Source: an uncultured Vampirovibrio sp.
GTDB taxonomy: Bacteria > Cyanobacteriota > Vampirovibrionia > Gastranaerophilales > Gastranaerophilaceae
Length of the DNA stretch: 64,000 nucleotides
Direction: 5' to 3'
NCBI GenBank assembly: GCA_910579975.1
Contig: CAJTWU010000003.1
Coordinates: forward strand, 30,010 to 94,009
Below are positions 35,919 to 45,275 of this stretch, piece after piece (position 1 is the stretch's first letter; each line of letters starts with the position of its first letter). The position numbers were made by a program, and so were the translations under genes. The notes below the pieces were generated by a model, which was not told the origin of the DNA, did not search any database, and saw only the letters and a program-made list of their open reading frames with translations.

Positions 35919-37220
35919 CTAATCTAGTATTCCGAACTTTGCTTTTTCACGTTTTGTTTCAACAGCCTTGAAACCTTCGCCAATTTCATCAGCTCTCAAG
36001 CCAAACCATTCAGGGTGTTTGAGTGAACCTGTGCCAAACACTAAATGCATAAAGTTCTTGGTAACTGTAATAGCTGTAAACATTGAAACAATAACACCAA
36101 TTGCAAGAGTTAAAGCAAATCCTTTAACAATACTTGTTCCCCATGTATAAAGAATTACACATGTAATAATAGTTGTCATATTTGAGTCAAAGATACTTGT
36201 AAATGCTCGGTCAAAACCTGAATTAATTGCTGTAAATAATGTTCTGCCGGCTTTTAATTCCTCTTTTGTTCTTTCAAAAATCAAAATATTAGCATCAACA
36301 GCCATACCGACAGAAAGAATAAAACCTGCAATACCAGCTAATGTTAAAGTTACAGGAATAGCCTTGAATAAAGCAAACAATATTAAGCCGTATATTATCA
36401 AAGCAATATCAGCAATAATACCAGGAGCTCTGTAATAAGCTATCATAAATAACATAACAAATCCAAGACCAATTGCACCCGCAATTTTTGATTTTGCAAT
36501 ACTATCTGCACCAAGAGTTGGTCCAACGGTATTTTCTTCAATAATTTTAGCCGGAACAGGCAAAGCACCTGCATTCAACAAGTCAACCATTTTCTTAGCT
36601 TCATCATAGCTAAAACCATTGTCACCACCTGTTATTACAGCACTACCGCCAGTAATAGGCTCATTTACTCTAGGCGCTGATTGAAGTTCACCGTTAAAGA
36701 AAATTGCCATTGGCTTTCCAACCAATTCTTTAGTTAAATCAGCAAATTTTTTAGCACCTTCATTATTAAATTCCAATCCGACAACCCATTGTCCGTTTTG
36801 CGAATTTGTTGTTAAATTAGCTTTTGCCAAGTCCTTACCTGTTAAACCTGAAGCTTCCCAATACTCAACATCAGAAGCTTGAACCGGTCTTTTAAATTCC
36901 AATTCAGCAGTTTCGCCTAAATATGCTTTTGCCTGTTCCAAGTCTGAAACATCAGGAATTTCTACAACAAGTCTTTTTTCGCCTGATCTCTGCACAACAG
37001 TCTCTGAAACACCTAGTTTGTTTACACGATTTTCAATTGCAAACTGCAAACTTGACATCATATCAGGTGTAACAATACCATTTGTCGGAGCTGCTTCAAG
37101 AACTAATCTTGAACCTCCTACCAAATCAAGACCAAGTTTTGTCGGCTTAACACATATTGTTACGATAGACGCGATAACAATAAGCACAATCGCCCAAAAC
37201 ATTATCAGTTTGTTTTTCAT
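35919..37220 (-). CDS. secD: protein translocase subunit SecD
   Basis: SecD layout (LGLDLVGGSRLVLEA, VDANILIFERTKEE). Confidence 0.95.
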   Translation of the reverse strand: MKNKLIMFWAIVLIVIASIVTICVKPTKLGLDLVGGSRLVLEAAPTNGIVTPDMMSSLQFAIENRVNKLGVSETVVQRSGEKRLVVEIPDVSDLEQAKAYLGETAELEFKRPVQASDVEYWEASGLTGKDLAKANLTTNSQNGQWVVGLEFNNEGAKKFADLTKELVGKPMAIFFNGELQSAPRVNEPITGGSAVITGGDNGFSYDEAKKMVDLLNAGALPVPAKIIEENTVGPTLGADSIAKSKIAGAIGLGFVMLFMIAYYRAPGIIADIALIIYGLILFALFKAIPVTLTLAGIAGFILSVGMAVDANILIFERTKEELKAGRTLFTAINSGFDRAFTSIFDSNMTTIITCVILYTWGTSIVKGFALTLAIGVIVSMFTAITVTKNFMHLVFGTGSLKHPEWFGLRADEIGEGFKAVETKREKAKFGILD

Positions 37221-37280
37221 CTATATACTCCTTTTATAAAATTATATTTTAAATATTATTTATTATTCTTAGTCAAGTTA

Positions 37281-38159
37281 CTAGATAGAATCTAACGTAA
37301 AGAATAATTCTGTTTTTTCAGCCTTAGTCAACTCGACTAATGGACGACGAACATAATCCTCAATAATTCCTCTATAAGCTAGTGCAGCTTTTACAGGAAC
37401 AGGGTTTGGTGCCATAAATAGTTTTTTGAAAATAGGATACAATTTCATGTGCATATTTTTCGCAGTCATAGCATCACCTGTTTTAAAGTTTCTAATCATT
37501 GACTTAATCTCTTTGCCAAACAAGTGTGAAGCTACAGAAATTACACCATGAGCACCCAAAGAAAGCATTGGTAATGTTAAGCTGTCATCTCCTGAATATA
37601 CAGCAAAGTCATTTGGACAAGAAGATTTTAATTCAGTAACCGCGTCCATATCACCGAAACTTTGTTTTACAGCAACAATGTTTTCATATTTTCTAGCCAA
37701 TGTTTTAACCGTTTCCACCGTCATATTAATACCTGTTCTTGAAGGTATGTTATAAAGAATTACCGGTATATCAACCGCTTCAGCAACAGCCGAAAAATGT
37801 TCAATCAAACCGCTTTGTGAAGGTTTATTATAATAAGGAACCACTGATAAAATAGCATCAGCTCCTTCTTTTTGAGCAGCTTTTGATACCTTAACAGCAG
37901 TTTCTGTTGAATTAGAACCGGCACCCATAATCACTTTTGCCTGATTTCTTACAGCTCTTTTTGCACTTGCTAAAATCTCAATTTCTTCTTCGAAAGTTAA
38001 TGTAGGAGATTCACCTGTTGTTCCTGTAACAAGAACAGCATCAGAGCCGGTGTTCACAAGTTGATGTGCTAATGCTTCCACTTTTTCATAATCAACTTCT
38101 CTTTTTTCGTTAAAAGGTGTAACCATTGCAGTTATAACTTCACCAGCATCATATCTCAT
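37281..38159 (-). CDS. dapA: 4-hydroxy-tetrahydrodipicolinate synthase
   Basis: DapA motifs (VTPF, GTTGES, YNIPSRTG). ATG 38159 after GGAGGAG. The ORF extends to 38198. Confidence 0.93.
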   Translation of the reverse strand: MRYDAGEVITAMVTPFNEKREVDYEKVEALAHQLVNTGSDAVLVTGTTGESPTLTFEEEIEILASAKRAVRNQAKVIMGAGSNSTETAVKVSKAAQKEGADAILSVVPYYNKPSQSGLIEHFSAVAEAVDIPVILYNIPSRTGINMTVETVKTLARKYENIVAVKQSFGDMDAVTELKSSCPNDFAVYSGDDSLTLPMLSLGAHGVISVASHLFGKEIKSMIRNFKTGDAMTAKNMHMKLYPIFKKLFMAPNPVPVKAALAYRGIIEDYVRRPLVELTKAEKTELFFTLDSI

Positions 38160-38204
38160 ATTATATCTCCTCCGTTGTCTGTTTTTATAATACTTCAAAC
38201 ATAA

Positions 38205-39056
38205 TTAAATTACGATAAACTCATGTGCTTCAACTGTATCATTGCCTTTCTGAAACATTCCAAGCTGTGAAGTTCCATATTTGTGTGATTTATTGAATTT
38301 ATATCTGAATGCTGTATCAGACATCATACTTATCTTATTCTCAAATTTTAAATCAATTAAAGACTTGAGCTGTTCTTTTTCTTCAATCAAATTACCTGTA
38401 CATATCTGTACACAAATAATATAATCCAGCGGTGCACTGGAATTCAGCAGTTTGAAAAACACATCCAAAACATTGTCTATCGAATTAAAATCACTAAATG
38501 AATACAGATATCCATTCTCATATTGAGTTGGAGCAATGCTTAATTTTTCCATTAAAAATTTATTCATTAGTTTATTTTGTTCTTCGTGATTTACATTGCA
38601 TTCTAGATGAGCAAATTTTTTCTTAACAGAAGTAGATACAAATATTCTGTATTTTTTGATTGCAGTTTGTTCATCAGTTTGCTCTTTTTGCAAAGAATCA
38701 TTAAATTTTCTTTCTTCAATTCTTTTTATAAGTTTATGTCCTTCATGAAAAGCTTCTTCCATAGCTTCTGTAGCAATATAAAGAAAATGAACTATATAAT
38801 ATAATGCAATCATTATAACAAGCGCCCACATATACTTATATTCAAATACAGCTTCAAAAAGCTTTAAAGAACCGTTTGAAATCATACTTCCAATACCAAT
38901 AAAACAATCCAAAACCGGAGAAATAAATCCCATCCAGCCCCAATCAAGATTAGCAAGATTTTTTGTCCAATATAACAGGAGCATTAGCATACAAAAAACT
39001 AACACTATTTTCAAAAATTGTAATATATTTTTTAGAAAGCCAAAAATACTTGACAT
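38205..39056 (-). CDS. hypothetical membrane protein (283 aa)
   Basis: About three N-terminal TM segments plus a soluble C-terminal domain. Lies between panC and dapA. Confidence 0.6.
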   Translation of the reverse strand: MSSIFGFLKNILQFLKIVLVFCMLMLLLYWTKNLANLDWGWMGFISPVLDCFIGIGSMISNGSLKLFEAVFEYKYMWALVIMIALYYIVHFLYIATEAMEEAFHEGHKLIKRIEERKFNDSLQKEQTDEQTAIKKYRIFVSTSVKKKFAHLECNVNHEEQNKLMNKFLMEKLSIAPTQYENGYLYSFSDFNSIDNVLDVFFKLLNSSAPLDYIICVQICTGNLIEEKEQLKSLIDLKFENKISMMSDTAFRYKFNKSHKYGTSQLGMFQKGNDTVEAHEFIVI

Positions 39057-39057
39057 C

Positions 39058-39915
39058 TTACTCTCCCAAATATAAATTATCTATTAACCTTACGCCTTCT
39101 ACTCTGCAAGCAATAAGAGCAATCGAATCATTATTAGCCTTTTTTTCTTCTTCCAATGTATCACGATTAAGAATTTCAATATATTCTAACTCATGTTTAT
39201 CACTCAAGATTGAATAAACCGTTTCTTTCAAAGCTGAAACATCTGTAATCCCTTTATTATAACAAGATTTAATGTTATTAAGAATTTTGCTTAAAACAAG
39301 CGCCTCAATTTTACCTTGCTCCGTAAGATATTTGTTTCTTGAACTTAAAGCAAGCCCGGACTCTTCTCTAACAATCGGACATTGAATAACCTCAACAGGA
39401 ATATTTAAATCCTTAACCATTTTCTTGATTACAATAACCTGTTGTGCATCTTTTTGTCCGAAGAATGCATAATCAGGCTGAACAATATTAAACAATTTCA
39501 TTACAACGGTACAAACCCCGTCGAAATGACCAACACGTGATTTACCGCATAATTTATTTACATAGAAAAACGGAGGACATACATAAGTTAAAGTATCATT
39601 TGATAAACGAACACCTTCACCATACATTTCTTTTGGTGTTGGAGCAAAAACTATATCTACACCTTCACTATCACAAAGTTTTGTATCAGCTTCCAATGTA
39701 CGCGGATATTTATCAAAGTCTTCTGATGGTCCAAATTGAATAGGGTTAACAAAAACTGAAACCACAATTTTATCACAAGTTTCTTTTGCTTTTTTAATAA
39801 GACTTAAATGTCCTTCATGCAAAGCTCCCATCGTTGGAACAAGACCAACTTTTAATCCCTGTTTTTTCCAGTCATTAACTTGAGTTCTAACATCTTCTAT
39901 TTTATTTATTAACAT
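39058..39915 (-). CDS. panC: pantoate--beta-alanine ligase
   Basis: PTMGALHEGH motif. ATG 39915 (MLINKIED) overlaps the panB stop. The ORF extends to 39978. Confidence 0.93.
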   Translation of the reverse strand: MLINKIEDVRTQVNDWKKQGLKVGLVPTMGALHEGHLSLIKKAKETCDKIVVSVFVNPIQFGPSEDFDKYPRTLEADTKLCDSEGVDIVFAPTPKEMYGEGVRLSNDTLTYVCPPFFYVNKLCGKSRVGHFDGVCTVVMKLFNIVQPDYAFFGQKDAQQVIVIKKMVKDLNIPVEVIQCPIVREESGLALSSRNKYLTEQGKIEALVLSKILNNIKSCYNKGITDVSALKETVYSILSDKHELEYIEILNRDTLEEEKKANNDSIALIACRVEGVRLIDNLYLGE

Positions 39916-40726
39916 ATAATTTCTCTTTTTCTCCCTCGCCCAATTCAAAAGATTCTCTTTTTGATGGAAACTCACCATCTTTAACTTCTTTAGAATATCT
40001 TCTTACACTTTCAAGGACTGTATCATGAATATTTGCAAATCTTTTTACAAACTTTGGTGCAAAATCAGTAAACTTACCCATAATATCGTCTGTTACAACT
40101 ATTTGCCCATCACAACCAGCTCCGGCACCAATTCCAATAGTAGGAATATCAAGCTTATTGGTAATATATTCTGCACTCTCCGCAGTCAATAGTTCCAACA
40201 CAACTGCAAAAGCACCGGCTTCTTGAAGCTTTTTAGCAGATTCTAAAATTAGTTCTGTTGTTTCAGCTGTTTTAGCTTGAATTTTATATCCGCCAATAGT
40301 ATTTAACAACTGAGGTGTTAAGCCTAAGTGCGCAAGAACAGGAATACCACACTCCACACAACGACGGGTTAATTCTAAAATATGCTCACTGCAACCTTCA
40401 AGTTTAACAGCATTAGCACCGGCCTTTATCATCTCTGAAGCATTTTTTAAACCTTGTTCTACAGACAAGTTATAACTCATAAAAGGCATATCACCAACGA
40501 TAAAAGTCTTCTTAGCTCCTTTTGAAACTGCTCTAACAAAAATAAGCATCTCTTCAAGAGTAATATTATAAGTATTTTCATGTCCTAAAGCGACCATCGC
40601 AAGAGAATCACCCACCAAAATAGCATCAATTCCCGCCTCTTCTAATGTTTGAGCCGTGGAATAATCATACGCAGTTAACATTGCTATTTTTTCGTTTGAT
40701 TTTTTAAATACATTTATTGATTTCAT
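39902..40726 (-). CDS. panB: 3-methyl-2-oxobutanoate hydroxymethyltransferase
   Basis: KetoPantoate hydroxymethyltransferase motifs (MLTAYDY, VGDSLAMV, VKLEG). Confidence 0.95.
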   Translation of the reverse strand: MKSINVFKKSNEKIAMLTAYDYSTAQTLEEAGIDAILVGDSLAMVALGHENTYNITLEEMLIFVRAVSKGAKKTFIVGDMPFMSYNLSVEQGLKNASEMIKAGANAVKLEGCSEHILELTRRCVECGIPVLAHLGLTPQLLNTIGGYKIQAKTAETTELILESAKKLQEAGAFAVVLELLTAESAEYITNKLDIPTIGIGAGAGCDGQIVVTDDIMGKFTDFAPKFVKRFANIHDTVLESVRRYSKEVKDGEFPSKRESFELGEGEKEKLYVNK

Positions 40727-42030
40727 TTTTTCAGTGACTTTCTATACCAATAATAAACGGCTCTTGCAACCCTATGAGAAGAATGTCTTACCAATCCTTC
40801 TTTATTTTCCTGAATAAGTTTTTGTGAAACAACTGTAACTCCTGTTGAAGCAAGGTTTTCCATATCCAGTCTAACAGGAATAGAACCACTCTTTGCATAA
40901 CCTTCTGAAATATTATCAGGCAAAGAATCATTAACTAAAACCGCATCGATAATTTTTCTACCTTTAGCGTGATTTAGTAACGCATTTACATGGCTTGCAA
41001 CTGAATAATTATCTGTTTCACCGGGCTGGGTCATAATATTACAAACATAAATTTTCTTTGCAGTAGAGGTCATAATGGCTTCCACAATACCTGAAACTAA
41101 AAGATTTGGAATAACGCTTGTATATAAACTTCCCGGTCCCAAAATAATTAAATCAGCATCTGCTATAGCTGTTAAAACTTCAGGCAAAGCTCTGCAAACT
41201 TCAGGTTCAGTGAATAATCGTTTAATATTTTTATGAGCTTCTGGGATATTAGATTCACCTTTAACAATTGTACCGTCTTCAAATTCTGCAGCAAGCTTCA
41301 TATCATCCAATGTTGCAGGAAGCACCACTCCTCTGATATTCAAAACATTAGATGATTCTTTCACAGCCTTAACCATATTTCCTGTAATAGCACAAAGAGC
41401 TGTTAAAAAAAGGTTTCCAAAACTATGACCTTCTAAGCCTTCGCCATTTTTAAAACGATATTGAAAAAGTTCTGTTATCAAGTTTTCATCATCAGCTAAA
41501 GCCGCAATACAGTTTCTAATATCACCTGGAGGAAGAATACCCATTTCTTCACGAAGTCTTCCTGAGCTTCCTCCATCATCACCAACAGTTACAACCGCTG
41601 TAATGTTATTTGTATATTTTTTTATACCTTTAAGAAGCATAGACAGTCCTGTGCCACCGCCGATAGCCACAACTTTTGCTCCTTTATTAAGTTTACTTCT
41701 ACGATAAAGTCGTTCTAAGAGAGAATTATTACCGCGTGAAGAATCCATATCCATCATAGAAAGAGTTGTTTTCTTCCAGCCTTTAAAGAATATTGTTGCA
41801 CCTATCAAAATAAATACTGCTGCAAGAATGTTTGTAGGTAAAATAAATGCGGCCTTTTTAATGGCACCCATTATTTTATAAATCATATGAGTATCAGCAA
41901 TCAATAAAAAGCCTAAAACTATTAAAACAGAGCCTACAAATATTAAAAACAACCATCTTTTAACATTTAGCCCTGGTATTAACCAACCTACATCTTTTGA
42001 CACTTTAACATTATTCTTTATATCAAACAT
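40723..42030 (-). CDS. YvcK/CofD-family gluconeogenesis-factor-like protein with N-terminal TM extension
   Basis: VVAIGGGTGLSMLLKGIK and GPGSLYTS motifs. Three N-terminal hydrophobic segments. Confidence 0.8.
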   Translation of the reverse strand: MFDIKNNVKVSKDVGWLIPGLNVKRWLFLIFVGSVLIVLGFLLIADTHMIYKIMGAIKKAAFILPTNILAAVFILIGATIFFKGWKKTTLSMMDMDSSRGNNSLLERLYRRSKLNKGAKVVAIGGGTGLSMLLKGIKKYTNNITAVVTVGDDGGSSGRLREEMGILPPGDIRNCIAALADDENLITELFQYRFKNGEGLEGHSFGNLFLTALCAITGNMVKAVKESSNVLNIRGVVLPATLDDMKLAAEFEDGTIVKGESNIPEAHKNIKRLFTEPEVCRALPEVLTAIADADLIILGPGSLYTSVIPNLLVSGIVEAIMTSTAKKIYVCNIMTQPGETDNYSVASHVNALLNHAKGRKIIDAVLVNDSLPDNISEGYAKSGSIPVRLDMENLASTGVTVVSQKLIQENKEGLVRHSSHRVARAVYYWYRKSLKK

Positions 42031-42032
42031 AA

Positions 42033-42827
42033 TTAATCCACCCAGCCGGAAACTTTCGCATTATTATAATTTACAGGAGTTGGTGAAATCACACCTCTAG
42101 CCTGTTTAATAAGATCTAATGAATTTTTATACTTATTAGAAAAATGAATTGTATCGACATCAGCAAAACTCATACCGCTTAAGTTATTACGGATTTGTGA
42201 AGTATGGATAAAATGCTGAAGTCTTTTAATTAATCCATAATTATCAGTATTGTCTTCTTTTGAATAATCAACAGTTAAATCAGGATTATACGTTTTTTCC
42301 AAAGATAATTCTTGTGCAACCTGAATACCTGTATAATCAGCAACTTTTGCTGTTATATCACCAACAGGAGCATAGTATACAAGCCACTCAGAACATTTTT
42401 TAATCGCTTTTGCAATCGCACAAGAAAAAGTAAAATTTTCTCCGGCAATCTTATACATAGCACCATGAGGTCTAACGTGCTCAATACTTAGTCCGTAAGC
42501 TTTTGCATAAGACATTAAAGCACCTACCTGATAAACAACAATAGCCTCAATTTCGTCTTCTTTAAGTTCAACCGGCCTATATCCAAATCCTTGAATATCA
42601 TTAAACCCAATATGAGCTCCAATAGAAACATTCTTTTCTTTAGCTTTTAAAAGAGCTTCTTTGATAGTCAATGGGTCGCCGGCATGAAACCCGCATGAAA
42701 TATTAACAGAACTTACATAATCCAAAAGTTCAAACTCGTTATTGTTCTTATATACTCCGTAGGATTGCGCTAAATCGCAATTAAAATCAATATTTTTAAT
42801 TGATTTTTTTTCTAAAACTTCTTGCAT
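42033..42827 (-). CDS. pxpA: 5-oxoprolinase subunit A (LamB/YcsF family)
   Basis: DFNCDLAQSYG...ISCGFHAGDP motifs of the LamB/YcsF family. Confidence 0.85.
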   Translation of the reverse strand: MQEVLEKKSIKNIDFNCDLAQSYGVYKNNNEFELLDYVSSVNISCGFHAGDPLTIKEALLKAKEKNVSIGAHIGFNDIQGFGYRPVELKEDEIEAIVVYQVGALMSYAKAYGLSIEHVRPHGAMYKIAGENFTFSCAIAKAIKKCSEWLVYYAPVGDITAKVADYTGIQVAQELSLEKTYNPDLTVDYSKEDNTDNYGLIKRLQHFIHTSQIRNNLSGMSFADVDTIHFSNKYKNSLDLIKQARGVISPTPVNYNNAKVSGWVD

Positions 42828-42905
42828 TATTATCTCCCATTTGTAATAAAATTATACTACAAAAAAGTAATAACAAATTATTTATTTAGAAGTTTTACAA
42901 TCTAT

Positions 42906-44039
42906 ATGAAACTTAATTTTTCTAAGCCAAAAATTATAAATACAATTCAAGATTTCAACAAAGGCGGCAATCGTATTATTATGAGAAAACCCGCTGGTTT
43001 TTCATCATCAGAAGCACCTTTTGGAACAAAAAGAGCAGAAGTGCTTTTGATTGAACACAATTTTGGAAACAACAAAACAAATGTTAACCTATACTATGAC
43101 TCGAATAACAGATTAATCGGACAAAAACGTGAAAATTATCAAGGAAATACTCTTATAGACTATATAGAATCTCGTTATACTGTGAGAAAAAAGTCTAATT
43201 GGGATAAATACATAATTTCTTTAAGCGATGTTCAATCAATAACTTATAATCCAGATAAAACAATTAAATCAGCAGAAAGACACAAAGTTGATATAGTTCA
43301 AGAAAATGGAATTAAAAATCCTTATATAAATATAATGAAATATAATGCCTCAAGAACCCCTGAGAACAATTTTACCGAACAATTTTCAATAACAAATGAA
43401 TATAATTCAATACGCACCAAATCCACCCGCAGCGAAAACGGAGACTTGCTTGAAATTATAACAAAGGCAAGTGAAAACATTCCAAAAGAAGTAGCTAACG
43501 ATGAATATATGGTTTTACGCGGAATGCCTGATGAAATTGCAATCAAATCATTATTTAGATTATTCGGGAAAAAAGAAAGATTAGAAAACCTTGATGACAT
43601 AAGACTTTTTTACATAAAGGGAGATAACATTAATTATGCACAAGGAGTCGCTCTTGATAATAAAATTGGAATAGGAACTTTACCCACCCTGGGTGAAAAC
43701 ATTAACACAACATCGCATGAATTAAGGCATTTCAGACAGCGAGAACTCAAAAACAAACTCAAAACCCAGCTTAGGAATAAATTTTTTAACAAAAAAGAAT
43801 TTAATCCAAGAGAATTTAAGCTTGCGCTTCATTTTCTCAAATGCAAGCTGCAGAAATGTCCATTTCCTGTTACAAGAATTACAAGACGCTGGTATATGGC
43901 CTCCGGTCTGGAAAAAGATGCATTTCGTATTGGAGAACGCTTTGAAACAGATTTTCAACGTAGAACAAAAAAATTAAAAGAATTTTTCCCAATGGTAACA
44001 AGGCATAATATGGGATTAGAGCCTACGTTGCCCAATTAA
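42906..44039 (+). CDS. hypothetical protein with HExxH motif (putative metallopeptidase-like)
   Basis: SHELRH is present in the C-terminal third. The start is uncertain: ATG 42906 lacks a clear RBS, and the track starts at 42822. The 3' end overlaps ung convergently by 17 nt. Confidence 0.5.
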   Translation: MKLNFSKPKIINTIQDFNKGGNRIIMRKPAGFSSSEAPFGTKRAEVLLIEHNFGNNKTNVNLYYDSNNRLIGQKRENYQGNTLIDYIESRYTVRKKSNWDKYIISLSDVQSITYNPDKTIKSAERHKVDIVQENGIKNPYINIMKYNASRTPENNFTEQFSITNEYNSIRTKSTRSENGDLLEIITKASENIPKEVANDEYMVLRGMPDEIAIKSLFRLFGKKERLENLDDIRLFYIKGDNINYAQGVALDNKIGIGTLPTLGENINTTSHELRHFRQRELKNKLKTQLRNKFFNKKEFNPREFKLALHFLKCKLQKCPFPVTRITRRWYMASGLEKDAFRIGERFETDFQRRTKKLKEFFPMVTRHNMGLEPTLPN

Positions 44040-44679
44040 TAGCTTTTTCTTTTAAAATCTCATTGCACCTTACAAAATGGTCACATTCCATAAATCCGCG
44101 ATGCGCCGACAAAGGAGAAGGATGAGTTGTATCCATTACAGTTATACTATCTATGCCCTCAAAGCAAGCACCGACTTTTTGTGCATAAGAACCCCAGCGC
44201 ATTACAATTAAGTTCCCGCGTTTTGCAAGAATAGAAAAAATATTCTCAACAACCGGCGCCCATAATTTTGTATGCTCTTTCAATAGTTTTGTGTCTTTAC
44301 CCTCAAAAGTTAGAGCAGTGTTGAGCAAAAGCACGCCCTGTTTTTCCCAGTCAAGCAAAAGATTTGTAGAATGTTTGCAATCAGGAAAATCATTCTCTAG
44401 TTTTTTAAAGATATTTTTTAAAGATGCCGGCGTTTTTTTAGAAAGACTTGAAAACGCCAATCCATGAGCGTGTTCAGCACTTGGATATGGATCTTGCCCA
44501 ATTATTAAAACTTTAACATTATCTAAAGATGTCAACTTAATCGCGTTCAAGACATTTTCTTGAGATGGTAATATTTCACGGTCTTTACGTTTTTCTTCTA
44601 TAACCGCCATAATATCTTTGATTAAATCAATATCTAAACCAGCCTCAATCCAGCTATTATCAATTCCAAATTTTTCCAT
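44023..44679 (-). CDS. ung: uracil-DNA glycosylase (family 1)
   Basis: GQDPYP, HGLAFS and HPSPLSA motifs. Confidence 0.95.
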   Translation of the reverse strand: MEKFGIDNSWIEAGLDIDLIKDIMAVIEEKRKDREILPSQENVLNAIKLTSLDNVKVLIIGQDPYPSAEHAHGLAFSSLSKKTPASLKNIFKKLENDFPDCKHSTNLLLDWEKQGVLLLNTALTFEGKDTKLLKEHTKLWAPVVENIFSILAKRGNLIVMRWGSYAQKVGACFEGIDSITVMDTTHPSPLSAHRGFMECDHFVRCNEILKEKAINWAT

Positions 44680-44701
44680 AAATTTATTTAATCACAAAAA
44701 A

Positions 44702-44730
44702 GCAACATAATATACATTGTGTTGCTTTTT
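44702..44730. repeat. left 29-bp inverted repeat (IRL) of candidate invertible element
   Basis: GCAACATAATATACATTGTGTTGCTTTTT is the exact reverse complement of 44914-44942. Confidence 0.97.
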
Positions 44731-44734
44731 ATTG

Positions 44735-44762
44735 TATACGGTTAGAATGGAGCAAAACTTTA
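44735..44762 (-). promoter_or_regulatory. sigma-28-like promoter TAAAGTTT-N12-ACCGTATA inside the invertible core, currently facing ung
   Basis: On the minus strand, -35 at 44755-44762 and -10 at 44735-44742. The -10 matches GCCGTATA of the 23036 promoter at 7 of 8 positions, with a spacer 1 nt longer. Confidence 0.5.
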
Positions 44763-44778
44763 GGATTAAAACAAAAAA

Positions 44779-44795
44779 TGTTACATTTATTTACA
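44779..44795 (-). promoter_or_regulatory. upstream direct-repeat module TGTAAAT-AAA-TGTAACA, 16 nt before the -35
   Basis: Same module and same offset as at 23079-23095 and 3263-3279. Confidence 0.5.
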
Positions 44796-44913
44796 AAATA
44801 CACATTTACTCTATTTCAACCAATTTGAACCAATGAGTAATCTGTTCAAAAGGCGGATTTGTAGATGTACTAAAAACTAGTAGTATTAAGAAATATCCGC
44901 CGTCCCTTGTTGA

Positions 44914-44942
44914 AAAAAGCAACACAATGTATATTATGTTGC
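44914..44942. repeat. right 29-bp inverted repeat (IRR) of candidate invertible element
   Basis: AAAAAGCAACACAATGTATATTATGTTGC matches the reverse complement of IRL at 29/29 positions. Confidence 0.97.
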
Positions 44943-44963
44943 GAAATAGAAAGGAATATTATT

Positions 44964-45233
44964 ATGATTAGAAACATTAATTCACAATTTAATTATCCGC
45001 AAACATCTTTAAACAAGAAGATGCCAACCCAAGCAAAAACACAAGTAAATAATGTCGGAAATGAACCCATTCGTGATAACGAAGCAGATGCAAGTTTCGG
45101 TCGCTACATTGATAAACACACTAAATTATCAGGCGGCCTAGAAAGAATACAACTAAATCCTAACTGTGAAGGACAATGCGCAGGTATAGTCATCGTAGCC
45201 TTTTTTGACTGGGCATTTCATGGATTTGATTAA
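44964..45233 (+). CDS. hypothetical small protein (89 aa) with hydrophobic C-terminus
   Basis: ATG 44964 after AAAGGAA. The track starts at TTG 44907, inside IRR. N-terminus MIRNINSQFNYP. C-terminus CAGIVIVAFFDWAF. Confidence 0.6.
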   Translation: MIRNINSQFNYPQTSLNKKMPTQAKTQVNNVGNEPIRDNEADASFGRYIDKHTKLSGGLERIQLNPNCEGQCAGIVIVAFFDWAFHGFD

Positions 45234-45275
45234 AAAACATACAAAAATTAACAAGTCAAATTAAAGGAGATTACT

